63,010 bases of DNA, filler included, from Folioceros fuciformis (GCA_049999805.1; 39 parts of 39 records of this genome joined end to end with filler, not necessarily neighbours in it); one strand, 5' to 3'; shown: positions 46,722 to 58,453, counted from the whole stretch's first letter. The notes: generated by a model from the sequence alone, not told the origin. Numbers and translations: made by a program.

Positions 46722-49700
46722 ATGTTCTCCTCGTCTTGGGAGAATTCAGACAGTGACGCTGATGGATCTTCCGATGTAGATGAGAGTCTCCTGCAGAACC
46801 TTACAGCGCAGTTCTCTCATCTGCATTTAACACAACCATCTATTAGTTCTCTTACAATGGGAACAAACCTAGCCAGTCAGCTTGTTCCCTCTGGCTCTGT
46901 CTACTCTGGAGAATTCAAAGAGAAAGACAGATTCGATGGGAAACCATCTAGATTCGAAAGTTGGAAAGCCAGAATGAAAGCAAATCTCAATGCTAGAGAT
47001 GTGTGGGAATATGTAGACGGTACTATTCCCAACCCATTTACCATCCCTTCGACTGCTGCACAGCAACCAACAGCTGAGGACAAGTTGAAATGGACAAAAG
47101 GAAACAAAGTGGCCTTTGCCATCATTCTGAGTGGCCTGGATGAAACTACAGTCACTGAAGTAGAGTTCCTGGAAACAGCAGCAGCTGTTTGGAATCAACT
47201 GGTGGACACTTACCAGGTTCATAACGTTTGCACCTTGATCCATGTTCGAGAAGCCTTCCACAGCTTGAGGATGAAGGAAGGGGATCCAGTTGGAGCCTAT
47301 GTCACTAAGCTGAGGTACCTCCGAGCACAGTTGGCTGCGGTTGGTGCCAAGACGTCTGATGTGGAGATGGTTGCCCAACTGCTTACCGGCTTGCCTCCAT
47401 CCTATCAAACCTTCATCTCTGGTCAAAATGCAACTCTACGTGCTGCATATCAGGCTGCTGCAAGTGGGCAGCCAACTTCTCTGAATCTCAATGAGGTCAT
47501 TGGAGCGCTCCTACAGGAGGAGCAGAGCAGACGTAAGGACGGTGGCACTAGACTAAGAGGTGAAAAGGTCCTTTATGCATCAAAGAACAAAGGACCTTGG
47601 AAGGGGAAAGGAAAGAAAGGTGCATTCTTACCTAATGTCACATCTTCCTCAACTGCTACTCCCAAACGCCAAGGTAACTGCAATTGGTGTCAGTTGCCGG
47701 GTCACTGGGAACGCGACTGTCGTAAGAAGAAGGCCGGTGAAGCAAAGAGGGAGCCTAAACCAGAGGCTCATGTCACGGCCAACGACAAGATTAGTTCGTC
47801 GCAACAGCATCGACATAAAAGCAGCAGCACTGTACTTACAGTGTGCTTGACATCCTACAGGGAAAATTCGTTCTCATGGTTTGTTGACTCCGGTGCTACT
47901 GCCCATGTGTGCAACAATCGCAAGCTTTTCTCCACTCTGCACAAACAGCATTCACCACAATTAGTTTATGTTGGTGATTCTCGTGGAGTTGAAGTCAAGG
48001 GCTCTGGTAATGTGAGCATACCTTTGCTTGGAGGTGCTACATTGCACTTGGAAGACGTGCTGTATGTACCTGCCATGAGCAAGAATTTACTCAGCATTAG
48101 AGCTGTTGCACAAAGCAAGAAGTATGGCTTCCGGTTTGAGGACAGAAAGTGTTACATCTATGACCTAAGCTGCCCTCATGACAATATCGCTAAAGCTATC
48201 TTAGTAAACGACCTGTATCAGTTGGTTTCTGATACGAAGTTTAAAACTAGAGCTTTGGTTGCAGCAGCCCAGGCTCAGGCTAATCTATGGCACGCTAGAT
48301 TAGGACATGTAAACAAATTTAAGCTCAATGTCATGGCAAGCTCAGATCTTTACAAAGATAAGTTACCTTGTGGGTTTAAGCTCTTGGACTCATGCAGCTC
48401 ATGCATTCTGTCTAAACAGAAAGAGCTGCCTTTCAAGAACCCTGCTCCCACCAGAGCTACTGCCTTGCTGGAGCTGATACATGCCGATATCTCTGGAAGG
48501 ATTCAGGTAAAGTCGTTAGGAGGTGCAGAATACTACTTGACACTTACTGATGATTTCTCAAGGTATACGTGGACATTTCCTATCAAGCACAAGAACGAGG
48601 TGTATGATCACCTGGTGTCATGGATACCTATGGTTCAACGTCAGACTGGACACTTGGTGAAGTGTGTCAGGTCTGACAATGGTGGAGAGTTTACCGGACA
48701 GAAAATTGATGAGCTGTTCAACAAGTTCGGGATCATTCGACAGCTTGCAGTCCCCTACACACAGCAACAAAACGGCATTGCTGAGAGAAGAAACCAAACG
48801 ATTATGGGCATGACAAGGAGTATGCTTTCATATTCGGGACTACCTAAACCCTACTGGGCTGAAGCTGCAGTGACTGCAACATACCTTTTGAACAGAGTTG
48901 TTACATCTGCACTGAAAGGAAAAACTCCCTATGAAGCCTTCTGGGGAAGAAAACCTAGTCTTCAGCACTTGAGGGTGTTTGGATCACCTGCGTTTGCTTT
49001 CATTCCTAAAGCCAAGAGACAGAAGTTAGACAACCGTGCATGTCAACTTGTGTTTGTGGGCTATTCAGAGGAGTCGAAAGCTTACAAGCTACTTGATCCA
49101 ACTACTTTGAAGATCACTCTGTCTCGGAGTGCTACGTTTCAGGAGATTACCCACCCACGTACTGAACAGGATACTTCAGTCTTACCTGTCGGTAATTCAG
49201 CAGCTCGGGCATCGATGGAAGATGATGCTATTCAGTCTCCTTCTACTTATCCATTGTCTGATGGTGATTCAGACACTGGTGATCACGCTGCAGTGGGTGA
49301 CACCTTTGATGCTCCTGAAATTCATGATCCAGATGCTGGTGGTCAGGCAGTTGTCGATGCTGATGTACAAAATGAGCCGGTTAATCAACTTCAGGAGCCT
49401 GAGCATGTTACTTACTCTGAATCAGACGAAGAAGATGCTGTAGTTGATGAGGACGACGATTCAGGAGATGCTTCTCCTCGTGCCCCATCTCCTGCTGCTT
49501 CAGACGCCATTGATTCAGAGGGAGCTCCGACTGCCCCTGCAGTGGGGGATACCTCTTCCCGCTATCCCGTCAGAGAACGACGTGCTAGGGCAGACTGGTT
49601 GGAGCCTCCTTATAAGGCCATTGATTTCCGTCGTCCTTCTACACATGTAGCTGATGTACATGTTCCCGACGTTCGTCCTGATCCCCAGAGCTACAAAGAA

Positions 49701-51266
49701 GCCCTTGAAGGGCCTGATGGTGAGCATTGGCGGAAATCCATCCAAGACGAATACAACTCACTTATCAAAAACCATACCTGGGAGTTAGCTGATCTTCCTC
49801 CTGGACGCAAACCTATAACCTGCAAGTGGGTATTCAAAACGAAGTTAAAAGCTGATGGGACTATTGCTAGGTATAAGTCTCGACTGGTTGCTCGGGGATT
49901 TTCTCAGATTCCTGGCATCGACTACGGGGATACATTCTCACCTGTGGTGAAGCCTCCATCCGTCCGTATTCTCTTGGCTATGGCTGCTCAGTTCGACCTT
50001 GAGCTTGAGCAAATGGATGTATGTACAGCCTTTCTTCATGGAGAGCTTGAGGAAGTGCTGTACATGGTACAGCCTGAGGGCTTTGTTGACCCGAAGTTTC
50101 CTGCCAAAGTCTGCAAACTGTTAAAAACACTTTATGGGCTTAAGCAGAGCCCTCGTGCCTGGTACAAACGCATCATGAAATTCCTGAAGAAACATGGTTT
50201 TGTACAGTCACCAGCAGACTCTAATGTATTTTACCTCGATTCTGATGGTTTGTTCGTGATCTTGGCTCTCTATGTTGACGATGCCATCCTCCTCAGCAAT
50301 CACCCGTCACAGCTGGCTAAGGTGAAGGCCCTGCTTCGCTCTGAATTCGAGATGACTGATCAGGGCCCACTTGCCTTCTGCTTGGGCATTCAGATATTAA
50401 GAGACAGGTCACAGGGCAGCGTCGTTCTGCATCAAACCAAATACATTAAGGAGATTCTGAAACGTTTCCATCTTGACTTTGCTAAGTCTGTAGCTACGCC
50501 TACAGCAGTGGGGGAGAAACTTACGGCAGCACAGTCGCCGCAGGACAGTGAAGAGTTGGCTGCTATGACTGGTGTGCCTTATGCTGAAGCTGTAGGCTGC
50601 TTGATCTTTCTTGCCAACTGGACAAGGCCAGACATCAGCTATGCTGTCAGCGTTGTTTCCCAGTTCCTGCAGTCTCCTGGCAAAGTTCATTGGGGAGCTG
50701 TTAAAAGGATCTATCGATATCTGCGAGGTACAATGCAATATGGGCTACAGTATACCAAGGCTGCTGCCAAGGACTTTACCTTGCTTTCATACTCTGATGC
50801 TGACTGGGCCTCTGATGCCGACACCCGGAAAAGTCTCTCGGCTCATGTCTTCTTGCTGGCTCAGGGTGCTGTCAACTGGTCGTGCAAAAAGCAGACCACT
50901 CTAGCTCTGTCTTCAACTGAAGCAGAGTATAAGGCCCTGACAGACGCATGTAAGGAGTTAGAATGGGAAAGACAGTTCCTGGCTGCAGTTCACTTACCTC
51001 AGAAATGCCCCACTGTTCTTATGTGTGATAACATGTCGGCCATAGCTTTGGTCTCCAACCCACGTTTTCACGCCAGAACCAAACACATCGACTTGTATCA
51101 TCACTACATTCGTGATGTGGCTGAAAGGAGCATTGTTAAAGTGCAGTATGTTAGTACTGATCAAAATGTAGCCGATGTACTTACAAAGGGCTTAACCAAG
51201 CCTAAACACTACAAACATCTTGCAGCACTTGGGCTGCGAGTTTTCTCTATGCCAGCTAAAGTCTGA
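46722..51266 (+). CDS. Copia Gag-Pol polyprotein
   Basis: Zn knuckle CNWCQLPGHWERDC, protease WFVDSGATAH, integrase LWHARLGH/LELIHADISG/VRSDNGGEF/NGIAERRN, RT LYVDD, RNase H YSDADWA. Start is ATG 46722 or 46857. Confidence 0.97.
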   Translation: MFSSSWENSDSDADGSSDVDESLLQNLTAQFSHLHLTQPSISSLTMGTNLASQLVPSGSVYSGEFKEKDRFDGKPSRFESWKARMKANLNARDVWEYVDGTIPNPFTIPSTAAQQPTAEDKLKWTKGNKVAFAIILSGLDETTVTEVEFLETAAAVWNQLVDTYQVHNVCTLIHVREAFHSLRMKEGDPVGAYVTKLRYLRAQLAAVGAKTSDVEMVAQLLTGLPPSYQTFISGQNATLRAAYQAAASGQPTSLNLNEVIGALLQEEQSRRKDGGTRLRGEKVLYASKNKGPWKGKGKKGAFLPNVTSSSTATPKRQGNCNWCQLPGHWERDCRKKKAGEAKREPKPEAHVTANDKISSSQQHRHKSSSTVLTVCLTSYRENSFSWFVDSGATAHVCNNRKLFSTLHKQHSPQLVYVGDSRGVEVKGSGNVSIPLLGGATLHLEDVLYVPAMSKNLLSIRAVAQSKKYGFRFEDRKCYIYDLSCPHDNIAKAILVNDLYQLVSDTKFKTRALVAAAQAQANLWHARLGHVNKFKLNVMASSDLYKDKLPCGFKLLDSCSSCILSKQKELPFKNPAPTRATALLELIHADISGRIQVKSLGGAEYYLTLTDDFSRYTWTFPIKHKNEVYDHLVSWIPMVQRQTGHLVKCVRSDNGGEFTGQKIDELFNKFGIIRQLAVPYTQQQNGIAERRNQTIMGMTRSMLSYSGLPKPYWAEAAVTATYLLNRVVTSALKGKTPYEAFWGRKPSLQHLRVFGSPAFAFIPKAKRQKLDNRACQLVFVGYSEESKAYKLLDPTTLKITLSRSATFQEITHPRTEQDTSVLPVGNSAARASMEDDAIQSPSTYPLSDGDSDTGDHAAVGDTFDAPEIHDPDAGGQAVVDADVQNEPVNQLQEPEHVTYSESDEEDAVVDEDDDSGDASPRAPSPAASDAIDSEGAPTAPAVGDTSSRYPVRERRARADWLEPPYKAIDFRRPSTHVADVHVPDVRPDPQSYKEALEGPDGEHWRKSIQDEYNSLIKNHTWELADLPPGRKPITCKWVFKTKLKADGTIARYKSRLVARGFSQIPGIDYGDTFSPVVKPPSVRILLAMAAQFDLELEQMDVCTAFLHGELEEVLYMVQPEGFVDPKFPAKVCKLLKTLYGLKQSPRAWYKRIMKFLKKHGFVQSPADSNVFYLDSDGLFVILALYVDDAILLSNHPSQLAKVKALLRSEFEMTDQGPLAFCLGIQILRDRSQGSVVLHQTKYIKEILKRFHLDFAKSVATPTAVGEKLTAAQSPQDSEELAAMTGVPYAEAVGCLIFLANWTRPDISYAVSVVSQFLQSPGKVHWGAVKRIYRYLRGTMQYGLQYTKAAAKDFTLLSYSDADWASDADTRKSLSAHVFLLAQGAVNWSCKKQTTLALSSTEAEYKALTDACKELEWERQFLAAVHLPQKCPTVLMCDNMSAIALVSNPRFHARTKHIDLYHHYIRDVAERSIVKVQYVSTDQNVADVLTKGLTKPKHYKHLAALGLRVFSMPAKV

Positions 51267-51489
51267 AAAATCTCTCAACCTAGATTGCAGAAACGACAGC
51301 TATCTAGAACTCTGTTCTCGCAGGAAACAGATGTGTTGAGCTGACCTCTGGATGCTCAGCTTGCTCCTCTATAGCTGGTGGCTATCTGCATACAGGTTGA
51401 TGAGTGCAGCAGTCAGTGGATGAAGCTTCAGAGCTTAACCTAATCGTGGCTGCTGCAACAGAAGACTATGGAATTTTCTGCTTACCATG

Positions 51490-52097
51490 TCAGGCTGGAG
51501 GCCTATAGACGTACCCGAGAAGCTCTAACTCACTGATGACTGCGCGACACTCAGCAGGTGTAAGCGGATGAGCCAAGAGGTCTTTGGGTTGCGTCTCCTC
51601 CAGTAACTTCTCAAGCTCGAGCGTCCTCTCTCGGGCTGCGTTTAGCACCTTTTTTTCAATTCATCGCACTTCTCCAAGGTCTTGTGGAGGTGCCAAAGCA
51701 GGTTGCGGTCAGCCTGGTTCTGCCACCAGGAAACAGAGCTGGCGTTCTGGGTTGCAGCAGACGACGTCCTGATCCGAGTTGGCTTCGAGAAAGGAGAGGT
51801 CTTGATGTCGCTGCGCCTGGAATTCCCATGCTTGGACAGTTTCAGCTGACGCTCCTCCTGGTCGCTGTCGACTTCATCCGTGCTATATCGAGAAGTCGGT
51901 TCCCTCTGCCTCTCTGGAGATCGTAGCCGCTTGTGCCCACTGAGTTTGCAGTGTTTGAGATGCGCCTTTGTGCTGGCGAGGTTTCCATGAGGCGTAATGG
52001 GGAAGATGAGCCGGCCTCCGCGAGGACCATCTGAAGCTTGGGGCGTAATGCGATGTGCGGTGCTGAGTGACTCGTCCCGTCCTAACCCTACTGACGG
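51490..52097 (-). CDS. Antisense accessory ORF downstream of pol (5' end in gap; one frameshift in an A7 run)
   Basis: Minus frame open from 52097 to TAA at 51642 (151 aa: ...KLSGHKRLRSPERQ...WWQNQADRNLLWHLHKTLEKCDELKK). The -1 frame continues KVLNAARERTLELEKLLEE...VISELELLGYVYRPPA* to 51490. Confidence 0.55.
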
Positions 52098-52532
52098 NNN
52101 NNNNNNNNNNNNNNNNNNNNNNNNNNNNNNNNNNNNNNNNNTTAATTAATTAANNNNNNNNNNNNNNNNNNNNNNNNNNNNNNNNNNNNNNNNNNNNTGT
52201 GCTGCATTCATGAGCATTAGGATTTCTGCTGGTATGAGCTCAACAATGTCTGATGTGCTGAGCTGAATTTGCAAGCATTTCGGCCGCTTTGGCACGATGC
52301 TTTGAGCGTCCCCCCGGTATGCTAAGGTTGCTGCAACTTCTTAGTGCCGCACAGTGGACTCGTTAGCATGGCATGTAATGCAAGGAACACCGTGCAACCT
52401 GTTTTGTGATCCGCCAGAGTCGGATGAACTGAATTACACCTTGAACGTTAACATTAGCAAGTGATCTCTCCATGGAAACATCATAAAGTGAACCCTAATC
52501 CCTAAGGCTTTTTCAATACCCAACCATCTTTC

Positions 52533-53132
52533 CTACAGCCAGAAATCATTTAAATCCTGGTCATCTATACGCTTGTCCCCTCGATTTCGAAGAAGAAAAA
52601 GCCAAACTAAACAAAAACATATGGATACAAAACTCAGTATTCCTGCGCAAATGACGCACACAAGCTTTCCATATTTCTTTGCGCTGTTCCGAAATTTGTC
52701 AATGCGGATCTGATCCTCTTGTTGTTTGAACCTAAGCTGACGTTCAAAATTGGATGCAATATCTAGTTGAGGGTTGCGCATTCGCTCTCGGGCACGTCTT
52801 TCTTCAAATTTAGATATAATGTCCCGTAATTCTTGCTCATTTGATTGGCCAAATCTTCTTTCTTCTGCTTTGCGTTGTTGTCTATCCCTTTCACATTCTT
52901 CCTGTTCACGAGCTAATAGCTCAATAATGGATTTGAATTCCACCATAGAAGACTCATTCTCAATTGGTGGGTTGGTGATGACAACTTGTGCATTGGGTTG
53001 GGGCTCCAAATTCGCTGTAGAGACCATTTGAGGGTTGAGTATTGGCTCTTGTGTGTGCCAGAGTTTAAGACAATGTACACTCTCCTGTAACTCTTCTTTG
53101 TTTGATGCGATCATTTCTTCTTTCTTCGTCAT
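52533..53132 (-). CDS. Hypothetical coiled-coil protein with C-terminal transmembrane helix
   Basis: E/R/Q-rich helix followed by LVCVICAGILSFVSICFCLVWLFLL and a short tail. Intronless. Confidence 0.5.
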   Translation of the reverse strand: MTKKEEMIASNKEELQESVHCLKLWHTQEPILNPQMVSTANLEPQPNAQVVITNPPIENESSMVEFKSIIELLAREQEECERDRQQRKAEERRFGQSNEQELRDIISKFEERRARERMRNPQLDIASNFERQLRFKQQEDQIRIDKFRNSAKKYGKLVCVICAGILSFVSICFCLVWLFLLRNRGDKRIDDQDLNDFWL

Positions 53133-53608
53133 CTGATTGGTCAGTTGATGAGTTGTATTTTTCTTCTTCTACTTGGCTTTCTCTTCTTTCCCCTTCACAC
53201 TCTTGGTATTCTCGACCTTCTCAAGCTAGTTGATTAGCCATGAAGTCAAGATTCACCACACTTAATGAAGATGCATTCTCTTCTAAAATGCTAGTATTGT
53301 TAACAACATATGCATCACTTAGTGGTTCTATAAAGTTATAAACTATTGAAAGATAACTATGTTGACTTTAGTTAAAAAATATCTCTATATCTTATACAAA
53401 CCTTCAAAGATATATCAAAGAAAGGATATTTTATTAAATAATATAATTAAAATAAATAAAAAAGAAGTATGGCTTAACTACTTACCTAATTTTAGTGGAA
53501 GCTGGTTANNNNNNNNNNNNNNNNNNNNNNNNNNNNNNNNNNNNNNNNNNNNTTAATTAATTAANNNNNNNNNNNNNNNNNNNNNNNNNNNNNNNNNNNN
53601 NNNNNNNN

Positions 53609-54783
53609 TGGAGAGCAGGGGCCGAAGTCTGTGAAGGACAGACTATTGCAGCGCGGCAAGAGCCCCGCTAACTCCACACCTTGACTGATGGTAGCATCCA
53701 CCTGCATCGAGCACCACAGTTCGATTTACCAAAACGGCTACGGCTGCGAAGCACAAAAAGGGAGAATTTGAAGGCAGAATTCACTGCTGCTCACCTTGCA
53801 GGCAACGGAACAGTAGCGGTAGGCGTCCTGGAGGCTCCTGTCGCAGGTTTCGCACGCATTACCCTGCAATTTGGTAGGCCGGGGCTGAGGCCTCTGGTTC
53901 AGGAACACCACTCGTGCGCTGTTGATGATGTAAGTCTGCACAGCGAGCGGGAGCGGCCAGGCAGTGAGGCGATGAATTGTGCAGCCTGCGGTGTGGCGAG
54001 GCCTCATCTCAAGACTTGGCCTAGATGCGGATGAGCAGGGAAGGCAGATCTGGACGGCATTAGACTGAATCCAATCCACCACATTACATGAGTCCCCGAT
54101 TCCATACCTGAACTAAGGAGCAGTCCACCAATTTCTGAATGTCCTGCAGTCGAATGACATCGTGGTAAACGTATCTCCGGATCTGAAAGCAAACACCGAA
54201 AATTGAGGCGAGGAACTTGAGTTGAGCCCCGAGCTCCACATCGAGCTAAATTGGCCAGCCACTGCAACTCCGGATCTGAATTTTCAGGCGCTCCGGATCC
54301 GCTGTGCACAGCTTTCGGAGATCTACTCGCGGCAAACAAGTTGAGCGAGCTCAAGCTCAAAACGTCGCAAATTCGGCATGAGCAAGAGCTGCAGAAACGG
54401 CAGTAAGAGTGATCACCTGGAGTAGACGGTGCGTACTGTGCGGCGAGAGGCAATGCTGACAGATGCCGTCACTGCAATCGAGGCAGAAGACGTTCCTCTC
54501 ATTCTTCTTAGCGGCGGCGTGCTTGAGGCAGGGACTGAAGAACTTCTCGGTGAGCAGCGCCGCCAACCAACTCGGCCTTTGAGGCACTAGAGTAATAGCA
54601 TATCCCACCTGCACAGCCGCCATAATTGAGCACACAGGAGCGATCCTGGAGCAAAAGGCCGCCAATTCCGCATTCCACTCCCCGACTTCACCACTGACAC
54701 TGCCAAGCGGATTCCGCAAGAAGCAAAGCAGCCCAGCAGCGGAAGCGACGAGAGCGGTAGCAGCAGAGCAGAGCGAGTACCAT
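53609..54783 (-). CDS. PLATZ transcription factor, 3' truncated
   Basis: Exons 54783-54781 (ATG, inferred), 54608-54417, 54182-54108, 53935-53795 and 53701-gap. Motifs: NVFCLDC...CQHC...[39 protein letters not shown]...YCSVACK. Confidence 0.95.
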
Positions 54784-55087
54784 GTCTCCGGTCGGCTGCC
54801 GTTGCGCAAGGGCCCGTCCGGTGAGCGGTGGCGCAAACGCGAGCCTGTGGGCGGGCAGGCGGGACTGCGCAGCCAGCTCACGCGGGANNNNNNNNNNNNN
54901 NNNNNNNNNNNNNNNNNNNNNNNNNNNNNNNTTAATTAATTAANNNNNNNNNNNNNNNNNNNNNNNNNNNNNNNNNNNNNNNNNNNNCTAGTGTATAGTG
55001 CCTTAAAAGTAAGTTATTTCATCAGGTAAAGATAGAGAATGCATTTACATTGTTGAAGAATAAGTAGAGAATTTTGAAGAACTTTTC

Positions 55088-55326
55088 TTATTATTTTAAT
55101 TATAAATAATTTTCTTCAGTTTTTATATTTATCAATATTTCACAAGCACAACGTGTGATAACATAAGAAGATTTTTATTAACTTTAATTATAAATAATTT
55201 TCTTTAGTTCTTATATTTATCAATATTTCACAAGCACAACGTGTGATAACATAAATATATTGTTATTAACTTTAATCATGAATATTTTTCTTTAGTTCTT
55301 ATATTTATCAATATTTTGCAAGCACC
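55088..55326. repeat. 88-bp AT-rich tandem repeat (~2.7 copies)
   Basis: TTAATTATAAATAATTTT-like starts at 55096, 55184 and 55272. Confidence 0.88.
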
Positions 55327-56602
55327 GTTATGCCTGAGCACTGAGCTCCGGTAAAGCTCACAAGCACCGAAGTCCATGAGCACTAGGCTATAGTGGAGCT
55401 AATAAGCACCGTAGTCGTGAGCACTATGCTCTGGTGCTCATAAGCACTTGGCCTTGACATTTGCAAAACTACAAGTCTCGTGCACTTAGGAGTCTGGTGG
55501 TCACAAGCACACATGCATGGACACCCACAAGCACAAGCATGCAATTGCCTGAGGACATGCACACATAAGTTTGCCATTATGAAAAAACACAACAAATATT
55601 CCACAAAAAAAACACACACACAACAAATACATCTAAGCTCTACGTATAGTTAGAAGAAAAAGCAGACCACATTGGTTTTGTACCACATTGGTTAGTCTAA
55701 CTAGGCCTTAGCTTTAAATGTAGTTAGTTAACTAGCAAGCTAGCGAAGGACACAACCCTTCGTAACTCTTTAAAAGCCCACCTATGAACCTAAACCTTAG
55801 TTGATTGTTTATTCTTCTTAGTAAAGCATATGCTTGATGCAAGACACTTCCGCATGGCATTTCTAACTTGGTATTAGAGCAATGCTCCTCCATGGACTTG
55901 CTAGCTATTTCTTCCTTGTTTCTCGTGGTAGAGAGAAAAGGAAATAGCATATTAAATTAGATTTGTGTTTTTCTATAGAGTATGAGAGACTCTAATGGTC
56001 CTAGATATACATCTTATAAGAAGAAAAAAAAAGGATAAGAAAAATCACTGCAAAATATCATTGAGGATTTCAATAATCCAAGATGTGAGTCTTAAGTGTT
56101 TGTNNNNNNNNNNNNNNNNNNNNNNNNNNNNNNNNNNNNNNNNNNNNTTAATTAATTAANNNNNNNNNNNNNNNNNNNNNNNNNNNNNNNNNNNNNNNNN
56201 NNNCCCAATCCCCATCCGCGCTCACGTGCCCTGCGTGACTCTCACGTGTCTCCCCGCCACGCCTGTCCCAATCGCCCATCAACCCTTCCTTCCTTCCTCC
56301 CTTCCCACCGCCCATCGCTTTCTCTCTCTACGCTTGCAGGATTTGCTCTCTCTCTACCCTTGCAGGATTTCGCATCCAGGTTAGGGAGGCCTGGTTTTTT
56401 TTCTTTTTTTTTATTATGACCCTTTTTATTACTATTATTATAGAAGATTATCCAAACGGATGATGGGCGTCTATCATCACTTAGTCTCTCCTTCTTTTCC
56501 CATGTGGGTTCTCCTGCTTTTGCCATGTGGGCGTGTTGTGGCTTAGGATCCTCTTGTGATAATTTTTTTGTCTAAAAAATTCTTTATGCTTTAGGTATCT
56601 GC

Positions 56603-57352
56603 TGAGGTATTGTAAAGTGGATTCATGATAATGAGGTATTATAAAGTGGATTCATGATAATGAGGTATTATAAAGTGGATTCACACATATTGATTCATGA
56701 CAGGTATTATATATGGAATATCGATTCGGTCCGGTCTCTTTCACACAAACTTTAGGCCGCCGCCGGTATACAGTCCAAACATTCTGGACATAACAGATGT
56801 GCCTGCTTCGGTTGTAGGGCATAAAGTAGGTGTCCCAATTGGGCCATTTACTTTGTGCCCTACGACTGATTCGGGGACAGGGGCAAAGTGCCACCCACCC
56901 ACGGTAGACCAGGGGTGATGTGCAACAGCGGGAGGCAGCAAAGGAAGCAATGTCACGGATACCAATGCATGTCAAATCGGGAGCCCTCACTCATAGCAGT
57001 GTCAATGGGGACCCCTCATGGCTGTGTCAATCACGATGAATTTTAAAACATTGTGTGTATGACTTAAAAAACTTTGTGTATGAACCGAAATAAAAAACAA
57101 AGGATGTATCTCTTTCGATCCACATACTGGTTACAATTGGAAAAAAAATTCCCTATATAGTGGTTAGGTTGAGTACGGAAATATTTTTGAGATGCCACAA
57201 TATATTCCCATAGGAAATACGTATTTTTTTTAAAAAACATCAATGTGTAGCCCCGTCCAAATTGGTGTTCCATAATTATAAAGTGGATTCAGACATATTG
57301 ATTCATGATAATGAGGTATTATGAAGTGGATTCAGACATATCAATTCATGAC
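56603..57352. repeat. 29-bp minisatellite TGAGGTATTATAAAGTGGATTCATGATAA, split by an insertion
   Basis: Units at 56603, 56632 and 56661; the array resumes at 57275. Confidence 0.9.
56712..57274. mobile_element. Non-autonomous TIR element (MITE-like), 563 bp, TSD ATTATA
   Basis: Left end TATGGAATATCGATTCGGTCCGGTCT versus reverse complement of right end TATGGAACACCAATTTGGACGGGGCT (19/26 match). ATTATA at 56706-56711 and 57275-57280. Confidence 0.8.
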
Positions 57353-58422
57353 AATCTGTTCAAAACAAAAAAAATTATATATAAATATTAAACAGGTTTT
57401 TAGAAAATGTTGGCAGATGAATAAAGAGCTCATANNNNNNNNNNNNNNNNNNNNNNNNNNNNNNNNNNNNNNNNNNNNTTAATTAATTAANNNNNNNNNN
57501 NNNNNNNNNNNNNNNNNNNNNNNNNNNNNNNNNNTGGCGGAGGAGGACGAGGCGGTGGAGGCAGGGGCCGTGGAAACAAGAGGCAGGCTTCCCGACTTGG
57601 CAGCGCGCGCACCTTGGCGGGGGGTCCGGTCCCTTCAACACTCCCTCGCGGGCGATAGCAGAGTGGCCCGCGGGGAGAGCGAGGGGCGGGCCGCGGAGGC
57701 ACGCTCTGGAGGATGAGGACGGGCAAATGCAGGCCGAAGGGAAGGGAAGGGTGTGGGAGGCCAGCAGAGCTAGATATAACGCGGTGCATGCAGGGCCTTT
57801 GTTGACTGCCCCAACGGGCAGCCGGGCAGGGCCACCTCGGGCTGCCCGCTCCCTGCTCGCACATTTTGCTCTTTCACTGCAAGTTCCAGTTCGGCGGGCA
57901 GCAGGAGGCCGGGCCCGGGCATCCACCCGTTTGGGTTCGGCCCCGGCCTGGGCCTGGCTTTGGGGGAATTTAATACGGCGACTTGCGAGGCACGCTACGT
58001 AGATACATGCGATTGCGCAGTGGAGTGGCCTGGGCTGCGCCGGGCCTGCCCAGACCCGGACCACACCGTGATGCAACGTTGCCTGATGCCCATCTGGGCA
58101 CATGCGTATGGGATGGGGCATCCATCGTGTGGACAGTCCACCTCGCCCATCTCCATCACAAAAGATGGAGGAAGAAGAAGGCGAAGGAGTAGTTGGGTGC
58201 GCACTCAAAGAAAGCACATGGCCGACCCAGCGGCCGACACATGCGTCTGGGAGTGCGACTCTCCCCTCCCATGAGAATCGACAACTCCAGTCCTCCAGGC
58301 CCACAACGACATTACGATCACCCATCGCCCATCTCCTCCTCCTCCGTTTCATTTCTCGTTTCCTCGCAGGAGACCGGGTTTGAGTAATCCAGGACTCGGT
58401 TACATGCGGGACCGCAATGCAC

Positions 58423-58453
<31 letters not shown>

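Larger units (their letters stand above)
45465..52097 (+). mobile_element. Ty1/copia LTR retrotransposon, intact gag-pol, 3' end lost in gap
   Basis: TG...CA LTR, tRNA-iMet PBS, and a single gag-PR-INT-RT-RH ORF in copia domain order. Confidence 0.95.

Noticed and set aside
51642-51660. Programmed -1 frameshift in the antisense ORF
   Set aside because: The in-frame context TTG AAA AAA AGG is not a canonical X XXY YYZ heptamer. A 1-nt deletion or homopolymer error is simpler.
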